This document shows positions 56,080 to 64,000 of a stretch of DNA of 64,000 nucleotides, in pieces. The DNA is from an uncultured Acidobacteriota bacterium (GTDB lineage Bacteria; Actinomycetota; Acidimicrobiia; Spongiisociales; ZC4RG35). Under the pieces are notes generated by a model that was not told the DNA's origin, made no database searches, and saw only the letters and a list, made by a program, of their open reading frames with translations. Both the position numbers and the translations under genes were made by a program. The first letter of the stretch is position 1, and every line of letters starts with the position of its first letter. The DNA lies in NCBI GenBank assembly GCA_963828465.1, contig CAWHEU010000022.1:288001-352000 (forward strand), written 5' to 3'.

Positions 56080-56398
56080 GATGGCCGGCGCCCGGCTTCG
56101 CCCGATCGAGCGGGTCGTGATGAGGCTGCACGATGAAGGCTGCTCTCTGGCCGATATCGGCAAGAAGGTCGGGAAGAAACCCGGCACGGTCACCCGGATC
56201 ATGCGAATGACCGAGTACAAGCAGGATGATCTGCCGGACCAGACCGCCAGTGACCACACGCTGCGACCCGTAGAGCGTGTGGTGCTGAAGTTGCGCAACA
56301 AAGGCGAGACCTACAGCCAGATCGGCAACCGGCTGGCGCGCAGTGGCCGACGCATCCAGTTCATCGAGGGTCTCGCCGAGTTCAAGCAAAGCGGCTGA
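56072..56398 (+). CDS. Small protein made of two tandem sigma-70 region-4-like HTH repeats
   Basis: LRPIERVVMRL..EG.SLADIG...GKKPGTV and LRPVERVVLKLR..GETYSQIG...ARSGRRIQFIE. Confidence 0.75.
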   Translation: MPEMAGARLRPIERVVMRLHDEGCSLADIGKKVGKKPGTVTRIMRMTEYKQDDLPDQTASDHTLRPVERVVLKLRNKGETYSQIGNRLARSGRRIQFIEGLAEFKQSG

Positions 56399-56431
56399 TC
56401 GGACCGAGGGTTTGCGGTTACCGTCTCTTCC

Positions 56432-57343
56432 GTGAGTGCTCTGCCCTCGCGGGTCGTCATCACCGAGTCATCCTCTCGTGACGGTCTCCAATCTCTGGGC
56501 GCATTCGTGCCCACCGCTGCCAAGTCGGGCCTGATCAACGATCTCGCCGATGCCGGGCTCCGCAATTTCGACGCAGTGTCCTTCGTGAGCCCCAAGGCGG
56601 TGCCCCAGATGGCAGATGGTGCGGATGTGCTGGCCGGTGTCGATCGTCGAGAGGGGTTGAGTCTGTTCGGGCTGGTGCCGAACGCAAAGGGACTCGGTGC
56701 GGCTGTGGCGGCCGGTGTGGACGGCATTGGCGTCCTCACCGCTGCATCCGACACCTTCAACGAGCGCAACATCAACGCCACGGTCGACGAATCCATGCAC
56801 CGAATTCGTTCGATTCTCCTCGATGCCCCCGAACATTTGGTGGTGAGGGGCTATATATCCACCGCCACGCATTGTCCTTACGAGGGGGAACAGGATCCCG
56901 ATTGGGTGGCCCATCTTGCCGAGACACTCGTGGAGTGGGGGGCTCACGCCGTCTTCCTCGGTGAGACCATCGGCAGGGCGACACCGGCCCACGTCGAGCG
57001 TCTGCTCGATGAGGTGCTGCAACGCGTGCCGGTCGAGATGGTGGGTGTTCATTTCCATGACACTTATGGGCAGGGCGTCGCCAATACCGTGGCCGCCCTT
57101 CACCGCGGCGTCGCCATGATGGATTCGTCGGCGGGCGGCCTGGGTGGGTGTCCCTACGCTCCCGGGGCGACGGGGAACGTGGCTACGGAGGACATTCTCT
57201 ATCTCCTCGACGGCCTCGGAATCGAACATGGCATCGACATCCTCGATGTAGCCCGGGTCGCCCAACGATTCTGTGCCGACCACAATCTGACCTACAACAG
57301 CGCCGCTGGGAAGGCGGTGTTGGCCTCCAGGGATGGGGAATGA
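56432..57343 (+). CDS. Hydroxymethylglutaryl-CoA lyase
   Basis: RDGLQS, SFVSPKAVPQMAD, CPYEG, HFHDTYG, GLGGCPYAPGATGNVATED. Confidence 0.92.
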   Translation: MSALPSRVVITESSSRDGLQSLGAFVPTAAKSGLINDLADAGLRNFDAVSFVSPKAVPQMADGADVLAGVDRREGLSLFGLVPNAKGLGAAVAAGVDGIGVLTAASDTFNERNINATVDESMHRIRSILLDAPEHLVVRGYISTATHCPYEGEQDPDWVAHLAETLVEWGAHAVFLGETIGRATPAHVERLLDEVLQRVPVEMVGVHFHDTYGQGVANTVAALHRGVAMMDSSAGGLGGCPYAPGATGNVATEDILYLLDGLGIEHGIDILDVARVAQRFCADHNLTYNSAAGKAVLASRDGE

Positions 57344-58482
57344 CCAAGTCGATCTACATCAGTGATGATCTCGCGGCGATTCGCTCGCAGACCCGGGAAT
57401 ACGTCGAGAAGGAAATCGTGCCCCGAGCCGCCGCATGGGAGACCGGCGGCGTACCGCGCGACGTTCTCGACGACATGGCGAAACTCGGATTCTTTGGGCT
57501 GCGCGTGCCCGAGGAGCACGGCGGCATCGGACTCGGTGCGCTTGCATCAGTGCTGTTCGCCGAGGAGTTGGGCCGTTCGACATTTGGCGGATTCAGCATC
57601 ACGGTGCTTGTCCACACCGACCTCGCCATGCCGTATCTGACCAACTTCGGGAGCGAGGAGCAGAAGGCGCGTTGGCTGCCGGGAATGGTCACGGGTGAGG
57701 TGCTCACCGCCATTGCAGTGACCGAGCCCGACGCGGGCTCGGACGTTGCGGCCATGAGAACGACAGCGCAGAGGGAGGGCGACGGCTTCGTCATCAACGG
57801 CACCAAGATGTTCATCACCAACGGCGGGATCGCTGACCTGGTGTTCGTCGCCGCCAGGACCGACCCGGCCGCCAAGGGCTCTCGCGGCATCTCGATTTTC
57901 GCCGTGGAGAAGGACAGCCCTGGCTTCAAGGCCAGCCGAGCCCTGGAGAAGATGGGATGGCACTCGTCGGACACGGCCGAGCTCGTATTCGAGGATGTCT
58001 GGGTTCCGGAGTCCAATCTGGTCGGCGAGGAGAACCAGGGCTTCTACTACATCATGTCGAACTTCCAGAATGAACGGCTTGCCATCATGGGCCAGGGGCT
58101 GGGGGAGTCCCAGCGGGCGCTGGAGCTGACCATCGAGCATGTGAAACAACGGAGCGCATTTGGCAGCCCGTTGTGGGACAAGCAAGCGATCCGACAGCGG
58201 GTCGCCCTCCGGCAGGCCGAGATCGACGCAGGGCGGGAGCTCACCTATCACGCTGCCTGGCTCATCGACCAGGGTGAGGACGCCACCCGGCAGGTCTCGG
58301 AGGTGAAGGCGTACGTTGGGGAGATGGTCAACCGGGTCCTCTATGACTGCGTCCAGTTCCATGGCGGCATGGGTTTCATCGCCGAGACCGCCGTCGAGAG
58401 GCTCTATCGGGACGTAAGGATCGCCTCGATCGGCGGCGGCGCCACCGAGGTCATGCTCGACGAGATCGCCAAACGTCTCTAG
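57340..58482 (+). CDS. Acyl-CoA dehydrogenase
   Basis: AVTEPDAGSD, NGTKMFITNG, KMGWHSSDTAEL, QFHGGMG, IGGGATEVM. Confidence 0.95.
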   Translation: MTKSIYISDDLAAIRSQTREYVEKEIVPRAAAWETGGVPRDVLDDMAKLGFFGLRVPEEHGGIGLGALASVLFAEELGRSTFGGFSITVLVHTDLAMPYLTNFGSEEQKARWLPGMVTGEVLTAIAVTEPDAGSDVAAMRTTAQREGDGFVINGTKMFITNGGIADLVFVAARTDPAAKGSRGISIFAVEKDSPGFKASRALEKMGWHSSDTAELVFEDVWVPESNLVGEENQGFYYIMSNFQNERLAIMGQGLGESQRALELTIEHVKQRSAFGSPLWDKQAIRQRVALRQAEIDAGRELTYHAAWLIDQGEDATRQVSEVKAYVGEMVNRVLYDCVQFHGGMGFIAETAVERLYRDVRIASIGGGATEVMLDEIAKRL

Positions 58483-58886
58483 CCGGCGGCCCGTTCCGCC
58501 GCTTCAGCCGCTTCCTTGTCCTCGAGGGGGTGCCAGGAGAGCTCCAGGGCCATCCACAGCGTCTTGGACAACGGATAGAAGAGAATCGGGAGGATGGCCA
58601 TGGTCCCCAGGGTCACCGCCGCCAGCGCTCCCCAGGGCACCTCGGGCCAGAAGACCAGCATCCCGCCGACGAAGAGGACGAGGAACGATCCAAACACCAC
58701 GGCCGTATTGATTACCAGTGCGCCAACCCAGTAACCCTCCTCACGCTCGAACCGGAGCCCACACTCCGCGCAGTGCTCACGAAGGGTGAAATAGGAGGAG
58801 AAGGCCTTGCCCCCGCACCTCGGGCAACGGCGTCGCGCTGCCCGGCCGATCATGGTGAGAGTCGATGCGCTCGGGTCTCGGCTCAC
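58479..58886 (-). CDS. DUF983-family membrane protein
   Basis: CPRCG....F..YF....C.ECGLRFEREEGYWVGA plus two TMs. Confidence 0.8.
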   Translation of the reverse strand: MSRDPSASTLTMIGRAARRRCPRCGGKAFSSYFTLREHCAECGLRFEREEGYWVGALVINTAVVFGSFLVLFVGGMLVFWPEVPWGALAAVTLGTMAILPILFYPLSKTLWMALELSWHPLEDKEAAEAAERAAG

Positions 58887-58893
58887 CCGCCTG

Positions 58894-58903
58894 AGGCTAT
58901 CGT
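58894..58903. promoter_or_regulatory. Overlapping back-to-back -10 boxes (bidirectional promoter)
   Basis: Plus TATCGT (58898-903) 7 nt before GTG 58911; minus TAGCCT (58899-894) 7 nt before GTG 58886. Confidence 0.55.
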
Positions 58904-58910
58904 CAGACGA

Positions 58911-59555
58911 GTGATCGAGGACCAGGTGGCTCAGCTTCGCCGCGAGTACGAGGCGATCGGTCTGAGCGAGGGCGACATGGCCCCCGACCCGATCACCCAG
59001 TTCAAATCGTGGTTCGACGGAGTCATCGAGGCAGGTCTGGAAGAGCCGAACGCCTTCGTCCTGGCCACTGCCGACGCCAAAGGGGTGCCGTCGGCAAGGG
59101 CAGTCCTGATGAAGGGAATCGACGACGAGGGGTTGGTGTTCTACACGAATCTGGCCAGTCGAAAGAGCGAAGAGTTGCGGGTGAACCCGCTCGCGGCGGC
59201 GACGTTCGTGTGGATCCCGCTGCATCGCCAGGTCAGGTTCGAGGGAAGGATTTCGATGGTCGCCGGAGAAGAGGCAGATAGATACTTCGATGCCAGGCCC
59301 AGGGGAGCCCAGATCGCGGCTCATGCATCGGCACAGAGCCAGATCGTGGCGTCCCGTGACGAGCTCGAACAGGCTTTTGAAGAGCTCGACGCCAGATTCA
59401 AAGGGGTGAAGGTGCCCCGGCCCAGGGCATGGGGTGGCTGGAGGCTGGCGCCGGAAACGGTCGAGTTCTGGCAGGGGCAGCCCAACCGGTTTCACGACCG
59501 TGTTCGTTATGTCCGGGACGGCGCCGGGTGGCGCAAAGAGAGGTTGGCACCGTGA
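58911..59555 (+). CDS. pdxH: Pyridoxamine 5'-phosphate oxidase
   Basis: LRREY, EPNA..LAT, RAVLMKG, FYTN..SRK, RQVRFEG, EFWQGQPNRFHDR. Confidence 0.95.
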   Translation: MIEDQVAQLRREYEAIGLSEGDMAPDPITQFKSWFDGVIEAGLEEPNAFVLATADAKGVPSARAVLMKGIDDEGLVFYTNLASRKSEELRVNPLAAATFVWIPLHRQVRFEGRISMVAGEEADRYFDARPRGAQIAAHASAQSQIVASRDELEQAFEELDARFKGVKVPRPRAWGGWRLAPETVEFWQGQPNRFHDRVRYVRDGAGWRKERLAP

Positions 59556-60292
59556 AGGTCAATGTCGTTGGGTCGTCGGGGACCTTTCCCGTGGCCGGTC
59601 GCCCCGCTTCGGGGTACATGGTGGAGCAGGCGGGGACAAGGGTCTGGCTGGATGCCGGGCCGGGCACATTCGTGAATCTGCCAGTCGATTCCTACATGAT
59701 CGATGCCGTCGTGATCTCGCATCAGCACCCGGATCACAGTGTGGACATCTTCACCGCATTCCATGCCTGGACCTATTGCCCGGATCCGAGAAAGGGCGTC
59801 CCGTTGTACGCCCCCCAGGAGGTGTGGGATCGAGTATCGGGCTACCTGGACGGTGGCCAGGGCTCGCGGCTGACCGAGACGTTCGAATTCACGCCGGTCT
59901 GGACGGGCGACCGCATCGACATCGGTGACATCTCCGTTTCGTTCGTCGAGATGGATCACTCGGTGCCCACCGTGGGATCCCGATGGGAAGCGGAGAACCG
60001 CACGTTTTTCTACACGGGAGACACCGGGCCGAAGGGGAACTGGCGCGATTCGGCGCGTGACGTCGACTTCATGCTGTGCGAAGCGGCGTATCAGGAGCGG
60101 GGCGACGGCGACTACCCGCATCATCTGACTGCCACCGAGGCGGGTCAGATCGCCCGCGAGGTTGGAGCACGCAACCTGGCGCTGACCCATATACCCCCGT
60201 ATCTCGATGTGAGCCGGTCGATCGACGAGGCCGAGACGGCCTTCGACAGACCGGTCTCGCTGGCCATGCCTGGTGTGAGTTTCGATGTCTGA
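59552..60292 (+). CDS. MBL-fold metallo-hydrolase (Rv1339-like)
   Basis: LDAGPG, ISHQHPDHSVD, YTGDTG, HLTA, LTHIPP; directly upstream of rph. Confidence 0.88.
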   Translation: MKVNVVGSSGTFPVAGRPASGYMVEQAGTRVWLDAGPGTFVNLPVDSYMIDAVVISHQHPDHSVDIFTAFHAWTYCPDPRKGVPLYAPQEVWDRVSGYLDGGQGSRLTETFEFTPVWTGDRIDIGDISVSFVEMDHSVPTVGSRWEAENRTFFYTGDTGPKGNWRDSARDVDFMLCEAAYQERGDGDYPHHLTATEAGQIAREVGARNLALTHIPPYLDVSRSIDEAETAFDRPVSLAMPGVSFDV

Positions 60293-60990
60293 TCGTCCCT
60301 TCGATCAGCTCAGAGATGTCAAGCTCGAGATCCCTTACACCTCATCCACTCCCGGTTCGGTCCTGATATCGATGGGAAGGACCAGAGTTCTATGCACGGC
60401 ATCGGTCCAGTCTGACGTGCCGCGATGGATGAGGGAGTCGGGCAAGGGATGGATCACCGCCGAGTACGCGATGCTGCCGGGATCCTCGCCGGAGAGAGTG
60501 CGGCGTGACCATGTCTCGGGTGGTCGAGCCAAGGAGATCTCCCGGCTCATCGGCCGGTCGTTGCGGGCGGTGGTCGACCTCAAGGCCATGGGCGAGGACG
60601 ATGGCGATGGTCGACTGTGATGTGATCGAGGCGGACGGCGGGACCAGGACCGCTGCGGTCACCGGCGCCTGGATAGCGCTCCATGAGGCGCTGGCGGACG
60701 CGGTCGACAAGGGTCAATTGCCTTCGATACCAATCCTCGACGAGGTGGCGGCCGTATCGGTTGGCATCGTTGAAGGCACGCCGATGTTGGACCTCGACTA
60801 CGAGAAGGATGTCGCGGCCGAGGTCGACATGAATGTGGTCATGAGCGGACGGGGTCTCCTGGTCGAAGTGCAGGGAACGGCCGAGCGCGCACCTTTCACG
60901 AGAGACGAGCTCGACCAGCTTCTCGATCTGGCCGCTTCCGGGATATCCGAGCTCCACGATCTGCAGCGCCGAGCGGTGGCCGCCGAGTGA
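60285..60990 (+). CDS. rph: Ribonuclease PH; frameshift near 60595
   Basis: [36 protein letters not shown]; [26 protein letters not shown]. Confidence 0.95.
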
Positions 60991-61568
60991 TCCCTCGTTT
61001 GGTCGTCGCCTCGAAGAACCCCGACAAGATCGCGGAAATAGAGGATGTGCTGAGGGAGGTGGGTCTTGCCGGTGAGATCGTCCGGGGCCTCGACTGGCCG
61101 GATGTCGAGGAGACAGGAGACACGCTCGAGGACAACGCCCTTCTGAAGGCGCGTGCTGTGGCGGAAGCCGTGGGGCTTCCCGCCTTGGCTGACGACACCG
61201 GCCTGGAGGTGGATTCCCTCGGCGGTCTCCCCGGGGTGAGGACGGCGCGATTCGCCGGACCGGGAGCGTCCTACCGGGACAATGTCGAGCTCCTGTTGGA
61301 GACGTTGGATGGAGTGGATGATCGACGGGCCCAGTTCCGGACAGCTGTGGCCCTGGTCATGCCTGACGGGTCTGAGATCGTGGTCGACGGTGCGCTCGAT
61401 GGGGTGATCACCGAAACCCCCAGGGGCGACGGCGGGTTCGGCTACGACCCCGTGTTCGAGGTCGAGGATCGGACATTGTCAGAGATGGGAGTGGCCCAGA
61501 AGAACACCCTGTCTCATCGGGCCCGGGCACTGCGAGCGTTGGCGGAGGCGCTCGGGATCGAGCGGTGA
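60987..61568 (+). CDS. rdgB: Non-canonical purine NTP pyrophosphatase
   Basis: [35 protein letters not shown]. Confidence 0.95.
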   Translation: MIPRLVVASKNPDKIAEIEDVLREVGLAGEIVRGLDWPDVEETGDTLEDNALLKARAVAEAVGLPALADDTGLEVDSLGGLPGVRTARFAGPGASYRDNVELLLETLDGVDDRRAQFRTAVALVMPDGSEIVVDGALDGVITETPRGDGGFGYDPVFEVEDRTLSEMGVAQKNTLSHRARALRALAEALGIER

Positions 61569-62825
61569 CGGAAGGGCCTCTCCGCGTCGTCATCGTCGGT
61601 GCTGGTTTTGCGGGTCTCAATGCTGCCAAGGCGCTGCGCCAGGAACCGGTTCACATCACGATCGTCGATCGGCGGAACTTCCATCTCTTCCAGCCGCTTC
61701 TCTATCAGGTGGCGGCGGCGGCGCTGAATCCGAGCGACATCGCCTATCCGATTCGCTCGATCTTCCGCCGACAGGAGAACGTCAGGAGCGTCCTCCTCGC
61801 CGAGGTCACGGGGATCGACCTCTCGGATAAGACCGTGAGCCTGGACGATGCCTCGGTCCTGCCCTACGACTATCTGATCCTCGCTACCGGGGCGACCCAT
61901 TCCTACTTCGGTCACGACGACTGGGAACAGATGGCACCCGGGCTGAAGACCCTCGAGGACGCGCTGCTTCTGCGGCAGCAGGATCCTGGCCGCTTTCGAA
62001 GAGGCAGAGCGCAACCCGGACGATGCCGATCGCCTGCTCACATTCGTCGTGGTCGGTGGCGGGCCGACCGGGGTGGAGTTGGCGGGGGCACTGATCGAGA
62101 TCGCAGTCCACTCACTGGGGAAGGAATTCGACGTGATCGACCCGACCCGGGCACGCGTTCTTCTGGTGGAGGGAGCGCCGCATGTGCTGCCCGTCTATCC
62201 GGAGGACCTTTCGGACAGCGCCCGACGTCAGTTGGAGACCCTCGGCGTGGAGGTGCTGACGGGAACCATGGTCAGCGAGATCGACGAAGGGGGAGTCACC
62301 CTCAGTGACGGCCGACGGATCGAGTCGGGACTGGTGCTGTGGGCCGCCGGTGTCCAGGCATCGAAGCTTGGGGACATGCTCGGGGTGGAGACGGACAGAA
62401 CCGGTCGGGTGCCGGTCGAGGGCGATATGTCGGTCCCGGGGCACCGAGAGGTGTTCGTCGTCGGTGACCTCGCCACGGTTCCAGGTGTCCCTGGTGTCGC
62501 CCCAGCGGCGATGCAGATGGGCCGGCACGCCGGTCGCATGATCGAGGCCGACCTTCGGATGCGATCGAGGTTCCCATTCCACTATCGGAACAAAGGCGCC
62601 CTCGCCACCATCGGGCGGGCGAGGGCGGTGGCGGATTTCGGTCAGGTCAGGTTCGGCGGTTTCCTGGCTTGGCTGGCGTGGCTGGCCATCCACATCTTCT
62701 ATCTGATCGGCTTCCGCAACCGGGTCCTCGTGCTGATCTCGTGGGCCTGGAGCTATCTCACCTTCCGCCGCGGAGCGCGGATCATCACCGGAGTGCCACG
62801 ACTGCCGGAAAAGGGCGAGCCGTGA
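61565..62825 (+). CDS. ndh: Type II NADH dehydrogenase family; frameshift near 61980
   Basis: VGAGFAG, FQPLLYQVA, APGLKTLEDA, VGGGPTGVELAG, WAAGV, KGALATIGR, HIFYLIGFRNR. Confidence 0.9.
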
Positions 62826-62913
62826 TGGTGCGGGTGAGAGGATTTGAACCTCCACGACCTTTCGGTCACAGGGACCTAAACCCTGCGCGTCTGCCAAGTT
62901 TCGCCACACCCGC
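62826..62913 (-). tRNA. tRNA-Leu(TAG)
   Basis: GCGGGTG/CACCCGC acceptor, CAGGG-TTTAGGT-CCCTG anticodon arm, long variable arm, encoded CCA. Confidence 0.96.
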
Positions 62914-62938
62914 GTGTGGTGGAACATTGTCCCATGAC

Positions 62939-62967
62939 ACAAGCCCTCGGTCTGACCGAGGGCTTGT
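62939..62967. terminator. Hairpin downstream of tRNA-Lys
   Basis: ACAAGCCCTCGGTC-T-GACCGAGGGCTTGT, perfect 14-bp inverted repeat. Confidence 0.7.
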
Positions 62968-62969
62968 TG

Positions 62970-63043
62970 TAGGCCGCGTGGGACTCGAACCCACAACACC
63001 CGAGTTAAGAGCCCGGTGCTCTAGCCAATTGAGCTAGCGGCCC
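62970..63043 (-). tRNA. tRNA-Lys(CTT)
   Basis: GGGCCGC/GCGGCCT acceptor, CCGGG-CTCTTAA-CTCGG anticodon arm, GGTTCGAGTCC T-arm; CCA not encoded. Confidence 0.96.
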
Positions 63044-63054
63044 GCGCTGGAAGG

Positions 63055-63771
63055 TTAATACCGGTAGTCGGGAAGGCTCAGACGGTCTGCTACGACCTCG
63101 ATCCAAACGATCGTTCGCTGCCATGCATCGGAGCACCGCCGCATCTTGACGGTGCAAACACCGTGTCGGAGATGGTTTTTTCGGTGCCCGGTGCCTTTCG
63201 GCTTGATGAAGGTCTTGTGGAAGTTGGCATTGTTCAGACCAGTCTCTGCGCGCCAATAGGACCTCGCTGCGCCTTCATCATTGCCCTCGTGCAGATGGAG
63301 TTGGAGCGAGAAGTCGGCAGCGGGATCCAGATAGGTCCGGATCCAGTAAATGAACAGACGCAGGGCGCGGGGATCGGCGTTCGCCAGCGTGAGATGATTT
63401 CGGGTCTTCGCACCTTCGGCCCAATAGAGGACAGCACCTGCAACCCAGAGAGGGTCTGTCATGAGGTCAGGAGTCTGAGAAAGTGCAGCGACACGCACGA
63501 GCGAGATCTCGGTGCGTCGTTTCCTGTTCGTATCCCGCGGTATGCCCTCCCGCGACCCGGACCGCGCCCGGATCGCTTGCATCTTTTCCTCCGACAACCT
63601 CACATCGCGACACCAAGTCGCAAGGGTCGATTTTGGCACCGGGATCAGGTCCATGATCTCGCCATAGGAGAGCCCGAGACGCCGTAGGTCCTTCCCCAGC
63701 TCGGACCGCTCCCATCTCGACAGTCCGTCCCACCCCTCGATCCGGGCCCGAAATTGGATCCCCAGCTCCAT
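63055..63771 (-). CDS. HTH + LAGLIDADG-like domain protein (putative homing-endonuclease relative)
   Basis: N-terminal LRRLGLSYGEI...IPVPKSTLATWC; central AGAVLYWAEGAK...LTLANADPRALRLF; basic C-terminal part. Confidence 0.7.
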   Translation of the reverse strand: MELGIQFRARIEGWDGLSRWERSELGKDLRRLGLSYGEIMDLIPVPKSTLATWCRDVRLSEEKMQAIRARSGSREGIPRDTNRKRRTEISLVRVAALSQTPDLMTDPLWVAGAVLYWAEGAKTRNHLTLANADPRALRLFIYWIRTYLDPAADFSLQLHLHEGNDEGAARSYWRAETGLNNANFHKTFIKPKGTGHRKNHLRHGVCTVKMRRCSDAWQRTIVWIEVVADRLSLPDYRY

Positions 63772-63777
63772 AGTTCG

Positions 63778-63799
63778 ACCATATGAGTGAGGTGGGACA
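63778..63799 (-). promoter_or_regulatory. RecA-NDp/PafBC-like leaderless promoter
   Basis: Minus strand TGTCCC-ACCTCACTCA-TATGGT-CGAACT-ATG. Confidence 0.5.
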
Positions 63800-63831
63800 G
63801 GAATCGGGACGCAAGTACGCTGACCCGATCA

Positions 63832-63905
63832 CGGGCTGTGGCGCAGCTTGGTAGCGCGCTTGCTTTGGGAGCAAGAGGCCGTCGGTTCGAATCCGACCAG
63901 CCCGA
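63832..63905 (+). tRNA. tRNA-Pro(TGG)
   Basis: CGGGCTG/CAGCCCG acceptor, CTTGC-TTTGGGA-GCAAG anticodon arm, GGTTCGAATCC. Confidence 0.96.
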
Positions 63906-63929
63906 CCGGGGCTTTACAATGACGTGTCC

Positions 63930-64000
<71 letters not shown>

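Noticed and set aside
58811-58821. CCCCGCACCTC matching the ssrA 3' end as an attR site
   Set aside because: Only 11 bp, GC-rich, inside the DUF983 CPRCGG codons, and no integrase is present.
63762-63790. Full LexA SOS box
   Set aside because: Only one good half-site (TCGAAC); the best full alignments have 4 mismatches in 12 consensus positions.

Overview
High-GC, gene-dense chromosomal window that looks actinobacterial. The gene content and order (cofD/cofE, GT2-DUF5719-DUF3499-manB-Trm112-SIS-ahcY, comF-secA-prfB-ftsEX-smpB-ssrA, rph-rdgB) and the Cys-containing SLH repeats suggest class Acidimicrobiia (inference). 1-21.5 kb: SLH-bearing exported enzymes, a cell-surface glycan locus and a class A PBP. 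21.6-28.5 kb: methylmalonyl-CoA mutase, LpdA, acyl-CoA carboxylase and BirA. 29-45 kb: LCP protein, Ugd, F420 genes, glycosylation genes, a run of small Cys-rich proteins and mannose/SAH metabolism. 45-53 kb: housekeeping genes and tmRNA. 53-64 kb: a TetR/hydrolase module with twin operators, a ferredoxin plus tandem sigma4-like HTH pair, RNA metabolism genes and four tRNAs. About a dozen genes carry frameshifts; those inspected are single-base insertions, most likely sequencing errors. Best novelty candidate: a free-standing HTH + LAGLIDADG-like gene wedged between tRNA-Lys and tRNA-Pro. Its stop codon doubles as the probable tRNA -10 box, and its promoter (TGTCCC-N10-TANNNT, also found before comF) has the geometry of the PafBC DNA-damage promoter. 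No CRISPR array, integrase or transposase was seen. All family assignments come from motif recognition, not database searches.
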